DNA from: Clostridia bacterium
GTDB taxonomy: Bacteria; Bacillota; Clostridia; JAAYHZ01
Direction of reading: 5' to 3'
DNA: 64,000 bases
Assembly: GCA_050950825.1 (NCBI GenBank)
Contig: JBMNIH010000002.1
Location: 416,001 to 480,000 of the forward strand
Under the pieces are notes generated by a model. The model saw nothing but the letters and a program-made list of their open reading frames with translations. It ran no database searches and was not told where the DNA came from. Position numbers and translations under genes: made by a program. Shown here one piece after another: positions 9,549 to 19,926 of this stretch (the first letter of the stretch is position 1; every line of letters starts with the position of its first letter).

Positions 9549-11999
9549 TTAAGGGTTAATATCCGTATAGAGCCGAATATTTTTTGATTTTACATTCGAC
9601 TCCGTATCGGATCGTATACCGTTCATCAATCGAATCAACGGGTTCATCTTCGCGGATTTAATAATAATCCTCCATACGTATCGATCCGCAACTCTTTCCA
9701 CCGGAGCTCTCACCGGTCCTAACACCGGCCCGATTCCTTCCATCATATAGTGAGCGTCGATGGAAGCTCGGATCCGACGGATGACACCCTCCGCCAAGGC
9801 ATCGTCTTCCGATTCCACCGTAATGAACCCGAGATTGCAAAATGGCGGGTAGTCCAACAACCTTCTCATTCGTATCTCGTATTCATAAAACCCTTTGTAA
9901 TCATGATTTTTTGCATATTGCACCACGTAATGCTCCGGGTTATAGGTTTGAAGGAGGACCTTCCCCTTTTCCTCCCCTCTTCCGGATCGGCCGGAGGCTT
10001 GAAGCAAAAGCTGAAAGGCTCTTTCGGTGGCGTTATACCCTTCGGTGTACAGCATGGAATCCACCGAAAGAATTACGGACAGGACAACATCGGGAAAGTC
10101 ATGGCCTTTTGCTATCATTTGCGTTCCCAAAAGCACATGAGCCTTCTTGTCACGAAAATCTCCTAAGATTTGATCGTACGAGTCTTTTCTCGTGACCGTG
10201 TCCGTATCCATACGCAGCAATTTCACGTCGGGGAAAAGGGATTTTAATTCCTCCTCCGCTCTTTGGGTTCCGATTCCGGGCAGAATCAAACCTTTTTTCC
10301 CGCAAGTCGGACATTCATCCGGCATTTTTACGGTATACCCGCACATATGGCATAAAAGCCGATGTCGGGACTTATGATATTTCAGGGTCAGACTGCAGGA
10401 AGGGCACATAACGGCTTTCCCGCAATCGGTACATAAGGCGTATTGGGAGTACCCTCTTCGATTCAACAAAATCAACGCTTGCTTTCCCGCCGCAAAGGTT
10501 TCTTTTAAGGCCTCCGTCGCCGTACGCGAATACAAGGACAGGTTACCTGAAGCCAATTCCATCCGCATATCCGTAATTTCTACGTCGGGTATACCGCCCC
10601 CGGTGGCTCTTTCGGTTAGCTCGAACCTTTTCATCAGGCCGGTCTCGCATTTGTACCAAGTATTCACCGAAGGAGTAGCGCTTCCCAAAAGCAAAAGTGC
10701 ATTTGCCCCTTTGCAGCGGAAGGCGGCAATTTCCAAAGCGTTGTATTTGGGATTTTTGTCGGATTTGTAGGAGGATTCGTGTTCCTCGTCCACAATAATC
10801 ATGCCTAAATTGGATAGAGGTGCAAATACCGCCGAGCGCGCACCGATTACAATTTGGATTTTTCCCTCCGAGACCGCCATCCATTGGTCGTACCGTTCTC
10901 CTTGGGAAAGGCGACTGTGAAAAACGGCGATCCCCTTTTGGAAACGACTTTTAAATCGTGCCACCGTTTGCGGAGTTAAAGAGATCTCCGGTACCAAAAC
11001 GATGACCTGTCTGCCGGTTTCAATCACCTTTTCGATCAATTGCAAATACACTTCGGTCTTTCCGCTTCCCGTGACGCCGTACAGCAAAACCGATTCATAA
11101 CGGTTTTTCATATACAAATCCAAGATACCGTCGATGGCCTTTTGCTGCTGCTCATTCGGTTTCTTTTTTTCATCCTGCGGAACGTGAACATCGAATAACG
11201 GGCTTCTTGTTACCTTTACGGTATCGAATTTAGCCAGCTGCAGCTTGACCAAACGGTTCAGCATGTAATCGGACATGCCGAAGGATTTTTTCGCGTCTTG
11301 TACGGATATATGAGGGACTTGCATCAAGACTTCAAGAAATCGTATGTACTTGATATTTTTAAAACCGTCTCGGTCCAAAAGGTCTTTGACGGTTGCGTCG
11401 TCGGCGGCTTTTTTAATCACCTTTACGGTTTTGTGGCCGACGGTGCTTTCTTTTTCGTCAAAGATCCTTACCAAGCCTTCCTCCTGCATTTTTTTCAAAA
11501 GCTTCGTAAACTCTTTCGTCGGCACCGATTGCCGCAAGTCCTTTTCCTCTACGGTATACTCATCCGCATTTTTCAACACCGAAAGAAAGGGCTCGAAGGA
11601 AGGATGTTGATCGTATTCCGGATCGAAGGCTTTCTCCGTTAAGGCGATATAGCGTGCGACCTTCGCCCCGGTTCCGGGCGGCACCATCAATCGGTACGCA
11701 TCCGCCCACGTACACATATACCTTTGCTTCATCATCTTAACCAATTGAAGCATGTTAGAATCCAGCACCGGTTTTGCATCCGCCAATGCTTTGATGTCCT
11801 TTAATCTCCCTTTGGCTTCCTCGGCTGTGCCGATTTCCATAACCATTCCTTCCGTCGGTTTATCGGAAGCACCGAAAGGAACAATGACCCTCATACCGGG
11901 CTTGACTTGATCGATATATCCATCCGGTATTCGATAGTCGTAAAGCCGGTCAAAGCCGGTCAATGCATGTCCGATGGCGATTTTCGCAATTTTAAGCAT
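9549..11999 (-). CDS. priA: Primosomal protein N'
   Basis: GVTGSGKTEVY, DEEHE, Cys-rich zinc region, GTQMIAKGHDFP. Confidence 0.96.
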   Translation of the reverse strand: MLKIAKIAIGHALTGFDRLYDYRIPDGYIDQVKPGMRVIVPFGASDKPTEGMVMEIGTAEEAKGRLKDIKALADAKPVLDSNMLQLVKMMKQRYMCTWADAYRLMVPPGTGAKVARYIALTEKAFDPEYDQHPSFEPFLSVLKNADEYTVEEKDLRQSVPTKEFTKLLKKMQEEGLVRIFDEKESTVGHKTVKVIKKAADDATVKDLLDRDGFKNIKYIRFLEVLMQVPHISVQDAKKSFGMSDYMLNRLVKLQLAKFDTVKVTRSPLFDVHVPQDEKKKPNEQQQKAIDGILDLYMKNRYESVLLYGVTGSGKTEVYLQLIEKVIETGRQVIVLVPEISLTPQTVARFKSRFQKGIAVFHSRLSQGERYDQWMAVSEGKIQIVIGARSAVFAPLSNLGMIIVDEEHESSYKSDKNPKYNALEIAAFRCKGANALLLLGSATPSVNTWYKCETGLMKRFELTERATGGGIPDVEITDMRMELASGNLSLYSRTATEALKETFAAGKQALILLNRRGYSQYALCTDCGKAVMCPSCSLTLKYHKSRHRLLCHMCGYTVKMPDECPTCGKKGLILPGIGTQRAEEELKSLFPDVKLLRMDTDTVTRKDSYDQILGDFRDKKAHVLLGTQMIAKGHDFPDVVLSVILSVDSMLYTEGYNATERAFQLLLQASGRSGRGEEKGKVLLQTYNPEHYVVQYAKNHDYKGFYEYEIRMRRLLDYPPFCNLGFITVESEDDALAEGVIRRIRASIDAHYMMEGIGPVLGPVRAPVERVADRYVWRIIIKSAKMNPLIRLMNGIRSDTESNVKSKNIRLYTDINP

Positions 12000-12654
12000 G
12001 ACGGATCGTCCTTAGCAAGTAGGTTTTTATGTCTTCCATACACTCGAAAACACGATCCGCCAGATCGCTTTCTTGGTTTCGTCCTTTTGACGAATAAAAT
12101 GCGATGCACCTCATACCGGCTCCTTTGGCGGCGGTAATGCCGTTTTTCGAATCTTCAATGACAATGCATTCCATAGGGTCCACGGACAGTCTTTTTGCGC
12201 ATTCGATATAGATGTCCGGTGCCGGTTTAGTACGAGGAATGCTTTCGCCGCTTAAGATCAATCGGAAATGATCCAAGATCCCCAGCCGATCCAAAATCTC
12301 ACGAATATATACCAACGGGGAAGATGAAGCTACCGCCAAGGTTACGTTTGTTTCCTCCCGCAGGGCTTTCACAAGCTCGACAACCCCTTCAAAGGGGCCG
12401 AACGTCCCGCTTCGAAACTCATCCAACATGTAATTTAATTGCAGCTCCAAAAGCTCTTCCACCGTCTGCGAAAAGCCGTATTGCTCCTTCAACATTGCAA
12501 ACATCTCGTCTCCCGCCGTTCCCATCCAAGTGTTGTATTCCTCCGGCGGCATGGTGATGTTCAAGGATTCCAAAATCCGCATATCCGTCTTTTTATATAT
12601 CGGCTCGCTGTTCACAATAACGCCGTCCAGATCAAAAATAACCGCCTTTATCAT
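11992..12654 (-). CDS. HAD-superfamily phosphatase (beta-PGM/CbbY-like)
   Basis: FDLDGVI, ASSS, KPAPDIY, IEDS motifs. Confidence 0.9.
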   Translation of the reverse strand: MIKAVIFDLDGVIVNSEPIYKKTDMRILESLNITMPPEEYNTWMGTAGDEMFAMLKEQYGFSQTVEELLELQLNYMLDEFRSGTFGPFEGVVELVKALREETNVTLAVASSSPLVYIREILDRLGILDHFRLILSGESIPRTKPAPDIYIECAKRLSVDPMECIVIEDSKNGITAAKGAGMRCIAFYSSKGRNQESDLADRVFECMEDIKTYLLRTIRHA

Positions 12655-12670
12655 TTCTTTTGCACATCCT

Positions 12671-13750
12671 TTATCTCCATTTTTCTATTCGCTTGACTAC
12701 GCTGTCCAGCATTTCTTTATCCTTAATGCCGGAGATATGGTGAAACCATACACCGTCCGGCTTCAACGTTTCAAACACCAAATCCAATTCACGTATATGA
12801 ATATCCAAATAGACGCCTTTTCTTTTGGCTTGGATCTTTTGATATACGGGAACCCAACGGGCGTACCCTTCGTTCCCGGCTCCGCATACCCATTGAACCG
12901 CTCCCAACTCCTTGATATCCAACACGGTATCCAAGTGCCGTAAGGCACCGATGCCGTCCAAGTGGTAGATGGAATGATCCAAATACTTGCACTCTTCCAT
13001 AATGCCGGGAAGGAAAAATTCATTGAACATTTCACGGCCGATCATATAGGAAAAGTCGCAGGAAACGATGAAGTACTTTTCTTTGCTAACCCCCGGAAGC
13101 CAAGAGGTTATGGGCATGCCGGCGTTCTTTAGCTTTTTGTAAAACCGTTCGTATATATAAAAGTATTCCTTGTAGGATTTTTCAAGGGCTAATTTTACAT
13201 ACTCCGGATTCTCCAGCAAATCGATACACAGGTTGGCCGGATCTCGTAAGGCCGCCAAATGATCGCCTCCGGGATGGTAATCGGTATGCCCCACGATAAA
13301 GGATTCCTTACCCAATTCCAAAAGACAATCGATATACCGGTTCATCGCGAATAACAGCGGATGCTCAAGATCCAATGTTCCCTTATCGAAATCCTTTTCC
13401 CAATCCAAAATGACAGGCTCGGTCCATGTGGTGGTTTCGCCGAAATGATACGGGCAGCCGCACCAAGCGCTGAAAATTTCGGGACCCATGTTAGGGAAAA
13501 CCACAGGGAGAGCATCGTAGTAATACCGGTAATTACCGATGTTTATGGCATCGCACTCGGCGCGAAACTCAACGTCCAGCCATCTTTCCCGGTGGCTTTT
13601 GTACTCTTTTTTCGGTACGGGAACCGGGTTTTCCACCGGTATTATTACGCTAACCAAGGGACGATCGAGGGTTTCTCCGTGAAAAAATGCTTCGTATCTT
13701 TTATAGGATTCTTCAAAGTCAGGTTTGTGTTTAAAATACATGGCTACCAC
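12671..13750 (-). CDS. UroD/methylcobamide methyltransferase-like TIM-barrel protein
   Basis: LAALRDPANLCIDL, SCDFSYMI, YHLDGIGALRHLD, VQWVCGAG pattern. Confidence 0.65.
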   Translation of the reverse strand: MVAMYFKHKPDFEESYKRYEAFFHGETLDRPLVSVIIPVENPVPVPKKEYKSHRERWLDVEFRAECDAINIGNYRYYYDALPVVFPNMGPEIFSAWCGCPYHFGETTTWTEPVILDWEKDFDKGTLDLEHPLLFAMNRYIDCLLELGKESFIVGHTDYHPGGDHLAALRDPANLCIDLLENPEYVKLALEKSYKEYFYIYERFYKKLKNAGMPITSWLPGVSKEKYFIVSCDFSYMIGREMFNEFFLPGIMEECKYLDHSIYHLDGIGALRHLDTVLDIKELGAVQWVCGAGNEGYARWVPVYQKIQAKRKGVYLDIHIRELDLVFETLKPDGVWFHHISGIKDKEMLDSVVKRIEKWR

Positions 13751-13815
13751 CCTTTACGTTGGAATTATCGTAATTATATCATACCCGGCCGGAATTTTCC
13801 TTTTACCGCTTGCTT

Positions 13816-15564
13816 TTATCTCGGTTTCTTAAATAGCAAAAGAAAAAGAATCACCAAAACCAAAAGGATCGAAAGTAAAGAACCGTCCCCTTCCTCTTCC
13901 AAAAACCCTTTCGGCGCGTCTTTTTCGGAAAACAGAACAATAGGCCTTCCGCTTTCGTCCGTCACCGCTTCTTCTCCCGAAGGGTCCGGATAGTAGCGAT
14001 AAGGATCCTCTTTCGAATCCTCTTCCCTTCCTAAAGGCTCAAACCGATGCTCGAGATAATAACGGTTTTTGACGGATTTTTGATACTTTTTGTAAAAGTC
14101 CTCCGATCGTATGGTCAACACCTTTCCGCATTCCGTTCGGTCCGGTTTTACGGTGATGGTCGCTTTGTACCGGTCCGGAGGAACGGCAAACTTAATATCC
14201 CCCTTGATATTATTCACCCTCATGGTATAAGGAGAGTATTCGTTGTCGTCGAAAACCACGTCTATCGTATAGCACGCGGTTTTATCTTTTGTTCTTATAC
14301 AGTGTCCTAAGGGAGCCATGGCGGTCCTTCTTTTGGGTCTGGACAAGTCCCCCGCGCTTCCGATTTTTTCTCCGGGACTGTATTGGAAAAGAATCCGATC
14401 CTTGTATCGAGGAAGATCGATAAAGTAATCGAAGGGTCGGTATCGATCCGGCCACCCCATATAGGGTTCCCCGAAATCCCATTTGCCGTTACCGGGTTTT
14501 AAGTTAATGAAAAACCCATGGTTGACGAACACCCGGTTTATCTCGTTTTTCCTATCGGGGTACATACTCGTCAATCCTTCGTACACGTCGGTAAAATCGT
14601 TGTTAAATCTTTTTAATACCGCCCAAATCTCTTCCATAGACATATGAACGGGATCGTCGTTGATTTCGTCATACAAATCCCACAGAATCCCGCATATGGC
14701 AAACTCCTCTCCCATTCCGAAATAGTCCACGGGTAAAAAATCGATTTCCATACTGCCGATCGGGTTATATACGTCTTTAAAAGCGTATCCGTTATATTCT
14801 CCGATCATTAAAGACATAAATTCGGCAAAGCCCTCCACATAGGAATCGGCGGTGGAATCGTTCAGAAAACCGGCATGATTCTTTTCAAATCCCCCCTGCG
14901 TTTGGGGCCACTTTTTATGAAGATTAAACAGAATATGATGGCTGTACTCGTGCCATTCTCTGTTCTGCGGTGCGTTTTCATTGTTGACCGACATGTCCGT
15001 TTCGGAGATAACAAAAATGTCGTCGAAGTAATAGGTATTGTCCAAAGATCCGTAGCATACGACGTAAACCGTGGGGATGTCAAACTCCTCGTATACGTTT
15101 AAAATCTCCCGATAGAAGAATACCGCATCCTTTAAATATTGATATACCGTAACCAATTGGTCGTTGTACTTTCGGTTTCCTTCATCCTCCGATTGAATCT
15201 TGAAGGTTTGCCAAAGGTCGGAAGGGCTTTTTACCGCAATGTCAAAATCGTTTTTCAAATGGACCATAACCCCCTCGTCATTCAAGATCCCGATCACATA
15301 GAAAGGCATATCATTGAATCGATGTTCAAACCGTGTGGTAACACGGAATTCGAAAGGAAAATCCTTATCCACGGGAATGTAAATGCGGCCTTCTTCATCG
15401 GTAACGAACGACAAGGTCGTATCGTCAAGGAACGCTTCCGTTCGCATGCCTGTAATCGGACGGCCGGCTTTATCGGTAAATTGTACCGCAACCGTAGATT
15501 CTTTCGCATGTGTTTTTAAAGGAAGAATAAATATCAACAGCAATAGCAAGGCGGCTTTTTTCAT
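13816..15564 (-). CDS. Secreted, membrane-anchored putative zinc metalloprotease
   Basis: Signal peptide, HEYSH followed by EGFAEF (gluzincin-like), C-terminal hydrophobic helix plus KKPR. Confidence 0.6.
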   Translation of the reverse strand: MKKAALLLLLIFILPLKTHAKESTVAVQFTDKAGRPITGMRTEAFLDDTTLSFVTDEEGRIYIPVDKDFPFEFRVTTRFEHRFNDMPFYVIGILNDEGVMVHLKNDFDIAVKSPSDLWQTFKIQSEDEGNRKYNDQLVTVYQYLKDAVFFYREILNVYEEFDIPTVYVVCYGSLDNTYYFDDIFVISETDMSVNNENAPQNREWHEYSHHILFNLHKKWPQTQGGFEKNHAGFLNDSTADSYVEGFAEFMSLMIGEYNGYAFKDVYNPIGSMEIDFLPVDYFGMGEEFAICGILWDLYDEINDDPVHMSMEEIWAVLKRFNNDFTDVYEGLTSMYPDRKNEINRVFVNHGFFINLKPGNGKWDFGEPYMGWPDRYRPFDYFIDLPRYKDRILFQYSPGEKIGSAGDLSRPKRRTAMAPLGHCIRTKDKTACYTIDVVFDDNEYSPYTMRVNNIKGDIKFAVPPDRYKATITVKPDRTECGKVLTIRSEDFYKKYQKSVKNRYYLEHRFEPLGREEDSKEDPYRYYPDPSGEEAVTDESGRPIVLFSEKDAPKGFLEEEGDGSLLSILLVLVILFLLLFKKPR

Positions 15565-15747
15565 TTCAAATCGTCCTCTTCTTACATATTCATCCTATTT
15601 TTTGTGAATACGCTGTGAAATATTCTTTGTTTGCCAACCAAATGCTTTATGCTTCATTGACGCTGCCGTACTCGTTATGGTAGATTGTGCTTAACAAACT
15701 TTCTAACAGCCGGTATACCTATCGAAATGCCGGCAAGGAGGAAAATC

Positions 15748-18700
15748 ATGGATCAGATCATAATGCCTCGCTTAGGTAAAATCGCGAAACGTGAAACCGT
15801 CTTGAAAGATGAAAAGGTTTTCATCCTCACCCCTGACACCGATTCGGGAAGAATTTTCGGAGAACAAGTCAAGGAAAAAATATCGCCCTATACTTCCCGT
15901 GTTACGGTCTTAAATGACGGATCCAAGGATCTTTTCAAAGAATCCGCCCTTTTTATCGTTGCAGGGAATTTGGTGAACAATCCTTGCGTTCGTTACCTGT
16001 ATTACAAGTCCTATGTCATAACGGACCTGTGCTACCCCGGGCCCGGAGGATACGAGGTACGTACCCTGTTAGACCCCTTCGGGAAAGGCAAAAACATTCT
16101 TTTTATCGGTTTTTCCGACGAAGAAGGATTTCAAAAAGGCGCCCGGATCTTCTTGGAACGGATCACCTGCGATACGGTACCGTTTTTAAGAACCGTCTAT
16201 TATACCCGATTGCCGGTTACGGATAAGACCTTTAAGCGTTTGGCCGAATCGAAAGAACCGGATAACATCAGCCTTCTTCCGTCCGCCCATGTTAACAATT
16301 GGTACATGAAAGCATGGCTGGCCTATGCAACGGGAGAACAACAATATGCCGACGACTATATACGGGCCTGGAAAAAGCTTTTAATGTATGCCGAGCAAAA
16401 TCCGGACGAACCGGGCTTGAGCAACTCTACTTGCATCGGCATGTCGGCACACAGCGGATCTTTTTGGATCGCCATCCACGGCGGAATCATACCGGAAGAC
16501 CTTCAGGAAGATATCGAAAAAGTGTTGTACCGTTGGATGTGCAGCCGATTCGGAGCGCAACATGCCGCATCCTACAAGGACACTCGGCAGCCTCCCCACA
16601 ACATTACCATGTTTGTCGCTTTGGCATGCACTTACCTTTCGGAGTACTTTATAAAAACCTACGGTATGAACGAAACGCTGCAGAAGGTTGTAGAAATCGC
16701 CAAAAGACCTTTTGAATACTTCTCCTCCGGCCATTGGCGTCCCTACTGCGACGATTCTTCCTATTCTTTAAGCGTCAGTCTTCCTTTGGCAATCGCCTAT
16801 TCTTTCTTCGAAGAAAACAATACGTTTTTAAACACCTCTTTTAAAGACGCCAAGCCGTTTATTTTATCAATGCATATGCCCTCCGGCTTTATACCGTCCA
16901 TCGGAGACGGCGGCGTTGCAAAATTGGCATCCACGGTATGCCGTACTTACGCCTATTACTACAAGGACGGCCAAATCCAAGCTTTGTGCGATCGTGAACC
17001 GGATAAAAGCCGTTTGGATCCTACCGGCTTTACCTTGCCCTTCCGAGCCTTCTGCGGTGTAAAACCGGAACCGGAGGATTTGAATAAGGACGACCTATCG
17101 GTACTTGCTCTCAACCGTTGGCATTACGAAGCATCGGCGGCAAAATCCGAAGAAGGAAAAATTGTACCTTACCACAAAGCCTTTGATAAAATCAGCATGC
17201 GCAAATTTACAAAATCAGGCTGGGATTATCTATTGATTGACGGTCTCGGCATCGAAACCCACTGCAAAAACAACACGTTGGCCATTTTGGATTTGAGCAT
17301 TAACGGTATTTCCTGTTTTGTGGAGGAAAGCGGATACCGCTGGCCGGATCGAGAAAGCTGCACTACGGTCACCGTTTCCGGAAAAGGTTACTCCGGTATG
17401 ACACCGGAATTGGCGTGTCTCGACCGTATGGAGCAAACCGACGAGACCCTGTACATCAAGGCTACGGTACCGGGCTTCAACGGGACGGATTGGACAAGAG
17501 AGCTGTTTCTTGTATACGGAAAAGGCGCCGTCATCCACGACACATTTAAAGCCTACCGGGAGGACGATTACGTCTTTTACAGCCATTTTCGGATACCTGC
17601 GGAAATGAAAGCGGACGGCAATGCGGTACGCGGAATACGAATCGGACAAAACGGCGAAGAATACGAGCAAATAACCGCTTCCTTCTCTTCCTTCGATCCC
17701 GGAGTATCCGTTGAATTTATCGATATCGGATCGAAGAAATTCGAAAGCGGAGATATGGGAGAGCCTTGGTACAAAAAACCGGAAGGTCCGGATGCCATGG
17801 ATATGTGGAAAGAGCGCTACGGAAGCGATAAAGCCGTTATCACCAAGTATACCTCCTTCGTCGGAGCCAAGATGAAAGCCGAGGATACCGTATCCGTTAC
17901 CCACCTGCTGCAGGTCAGACGACCCGGTGCGGATAACGCCTACTTCGACCAAACGGAAGACGCTTATTGGATCGTATTTCCCGATGAAGAGGAGCATTTT
18001 AAGGAATACGCTCTCCCCTTTACACCCGCCCTTTTCTCCGATGAGCCCGTCCGGTCGTTAAGCGCAACGGAAGACGGAGAGCCTGTTACCGTCAAAACGA
18101 AAAAAGCTTTTAAAAAGAACATCAAGGGCTGTACCGTCACCGAAAAAGGAAACATTCTTGCATTTTACGACAATATCGTGAGGTATTTTAATAAAAGAAG
18201 GAGCTTGGTATTCGAGCAGGCATTTCCGGGGAATGTCCGCTCCGTAGCGGCGATCGACTTGGACGAAAACAGAACCGTTTTGGCCGTAGGCTACGATAAC
18301 AAAAACATACGCGTTCTGGACGGCAAAGGAAATCTTTTATGGGAAACGGAAATTCTTCGCCGGCCTACCATGCTGAGCAGCTGGGAAACCAAATACCCTA
18401 AAGTGTTCTCCTTGTGCTTCGTTAAAACGGAAGACTCTTATCGCTTGTTTGCAGGCTGCGGTGACAACCACGTCAAATTATTCGACGACAAAGGAAATCT
18501 TCTTAATACCTTGTTCGCCGACTACCGAATCATCGACCGCATGATTGCCGATGATGTGGATCAAGACGGCAACACGGAAGTTATGGCCTATGCGTCGGAC
18601 GAAGCAAGCTCCGGAATCCTTTATATCTACGACGAAAACTTGAATGTCAAGTACAAGGCATCCGCCGGCGGATGGCTGTACACCGTAAAAGCCGCGGCTT

Positions 18701-19125
18701 ATGCCCATATGAATCAAAAAACCTATTTTGCCGTCGGAGTGAATACCAATAATACGCTGTCCGTTTATGAACTGTCATCCGGAAAGCTCAACCTTTTGTT
18801 TTCAAAAGACATCGCGGGAGCCAACACGGCAGTGTGCTTCGATACGGAAAACAAGGTCCTTTATGCGGGAAGCGACAAGGGATACATCAAAGCCTTTGAT
18901 TTGACGGGATCCGAGCTCTATTCTTGCTATGTCAATATGCCCGTTTTAAAGCTTGCCGTTTGCAACGGGCAATTGTACGCGGTATCGGATAAAAAATTAT
19001 TGCGAACCGACCTTTCGTTAAACGTTACGGGTTCCTTGGCTCTGCCTTCGAAGCTACTCGATCTTATCCGAAAAGACGATAGTCTCCTGCTTGTTTTGGA
19101 AAGAGGAATCCATACCGTTTTATAA
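15748..19125 (+). CDS. Large hypothetical protein, possible polysaccharide-lyase-like with C-terminal beta-propeller
   Basis: ORF of about 1125 aa with AGGAGG RBS before ATG 15748. Helical core with HN and PSIGDG motifs; C-terminal propeller-like repeats (DVDQDGNTEV). Confidence 0.6.
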   Translation: MDQIIMPRLGKIAKRETVLKDEKVFILTPDTDSGRIFGEQVKEKISPYTSRVTVLNDGSKDLFKESALFIVAGNLVNNPCVRYLYYKSYVITDLCYPGPGGYEVRTLLDPFGKGKNILFIGFSDEEGFQKGARIFLERITCDTVPFLRTVYYTRLPVTDKTFKRLAESKEPDNISLLPSAHVNNWYMKAWLAYATGEQQYADDYIRAWKKLLMYAEQNPDEPGLSNSTCIGMSAHSGSFWIAIHGGIIPEDLQEDIEKVLYRWMCSRFGAQHAASYKDTRQPPHNITMFVALACTYLSEYFIKTYGMNETLQKVVEIAKRPFEYFSSGHWRPYCDDSSYSLSVSLPLAIAYSFFEENNTFLNTSFKDAKPFILSMHMPSGFIPSIGDGGVAKLASTVCRTYAYYYKDGQIQALCDREPDKSRLDPTGFTLPFRAFCGVKPEPEDLNKDDLSVLALNRWHYEASAAKSEEGKIVPYHKAFDKISMRKFTKSGWDYLLIDGLGIETHCKNNTLAILDLSINGISCFVEESGYRWPDRESCTTVTVSGKGYSGMTPELACLDRMEQTDETLYIKATVPGFNGTDWTRELFLVYGKGAVIHDTFKAYREDDYVFYSHFRIPAEMKADGNAVRGIRIGQNGEEYEQITASFSSFDPGVSVEFIDIGSKKFESGDMGEPWYKKPEGPDAMDMWKERYGSDKAVITKYTSFVGAKMKAEDTVSVTHLLQVRRPGADNAYFDQTEDAYWIVFPDEEEHFKEYALPFTPALFSDEPVRSLSATEDGEPVTVKTKKAFKKNIKGCTVTEKGNILAFYDNIVRYFNKRRSLVFEQAFPGNVRSVAAIDLDENRTVLAVGYDNKNIRVLDGKGNLLWETEILRRPTMLSSWETKYPKVFSLCFVKTEDSYRLFAGCGDNHVKLFDDKGNLLNTLFADYRIIDRMIADDVDQDGNTEVMAYASDEASSGILYIYDENLNVKYKASAGGWLYTVKAAAYAHMNQKTYFAVGVNTNNTLSVYELSSGKLNLLFSKDIAGANTAVCFDTENKVLYAGSDKGYIKAFDLTGSELYSCYVNMPVLKLAVCNGQLYAVSDKKLLRTDLSLNVTGSLALPSKLLDLIRKDDSLLLVLERGIHTVL

Positions 19126-19147
19126 TTACAAACTTTTAACATAAGGG

Positions 19148-19190
19148 ACAGTGCAGAAGGGATAAAAATTCCCGAAGCACTGTCTTTTTT
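19148..19190. terminator. Terminator between convergent genes
   Basis: GACAGTGC...GCACTGTC stem followed by a T-run. Confidence 0.55.
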
Positions 19191-19198
19191 AAATCTTC

Positions 19199-19636
19199 TT
19201 AGGAATGAGATTTCTTTTTTATGCTTTCGATATCCTCGACAGGCAACCAATCGTCCATATTGCCGTAATTGCTTCGATCAATGGTAAAAGGTACGATTTC
19301 CCGGTAATTTTCAATCTCAATCAGCACAAGATATCGTTTTCCGGCCCACCGCTTTATCTGATTGGGAGTAAGACAAAGCATTGCCTGATAATCCGATATC
19401 AGCTTTTGAGACTCTTCCTCCGTCAACTTTTCCGAATTCAACACCTTTTTTACCGTGGCACGGCATCGCACCGACCCTTTGCCGTTGTTTTCGACGAACC
19501 ATAAAACATCGCCGGGGTGAACGCGCCCGTAGGGCAGTTTTCTTCCGGCAGCGCCACGGATAATCATGCTTTTTTGACCGTTTCTAAGCTTATCCAATTC
19601 CTTTTCTTTCGCATCAAGATAAACAACATGATTCAT
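19199..19636 (-). CDS. ASCH/PUA-like domain hypothetical protein
   Basis: 'GxKxMIIRG...GRVxPGDxLxF' pattern resembling the ASCH fold; GGAGG RBS. Confidence 0.6.
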   Translation of the reverse strand: MNHVVYLDAKEKELDKLRNGQKSMIIRGAAGRKLPYGRVHPGDVLWFVENNGKGSVRCRATVKKVLNSEKLTEEESQKLISDYQAMLCLTPNQIKRWAGKRYLVLIEIENYREIVPFTIDRSNYGNMDDWLPVEDIESIKKKSHS

Positions 19637-19672
19637 ATACGAAACCTCCGCTTATTTTCCTATCTGTTTTTG

Positions 19673-19926
19673 TCAATTATTGCGGTCCCTTTTCCCCATT
19701 AGGATACGGAACCGGTCCAATCCGCACCCGTCCGTAATATCGCCAAACGGGTAAATTGCAAAAGCCATTATGACTCCACGCAATACCCGTACAAGAAGCC
19801 CAAGGACTACGGTCAACCGGTCGGAGGACTTCATCATCAAGACAAAGCCGGGATCGTTTTCGAAATATACAAAGTGTACCACGGAGTATACGGGATAACG
19901 GGGTACCCCGGTATTGCATTTTTCAT
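19673..19926 (-). pseudogene. Frameshifted remnant of a small membrane protein gene
   Basis: Strong RBS plus ATG at 19926 (ATGA overlap) closes after 29 codons, while a hydrophobic 'LRGVIMAFAIYPF' segment continues in another frame. Confidence 0.35.

Noticed and set aside
17230-17997. Long antisense ORFs (also 56889-57674, 31424-32074, 13361-13993)
   Set aside because: Shadow frames of well-supported genes, with no recognisable motifs.
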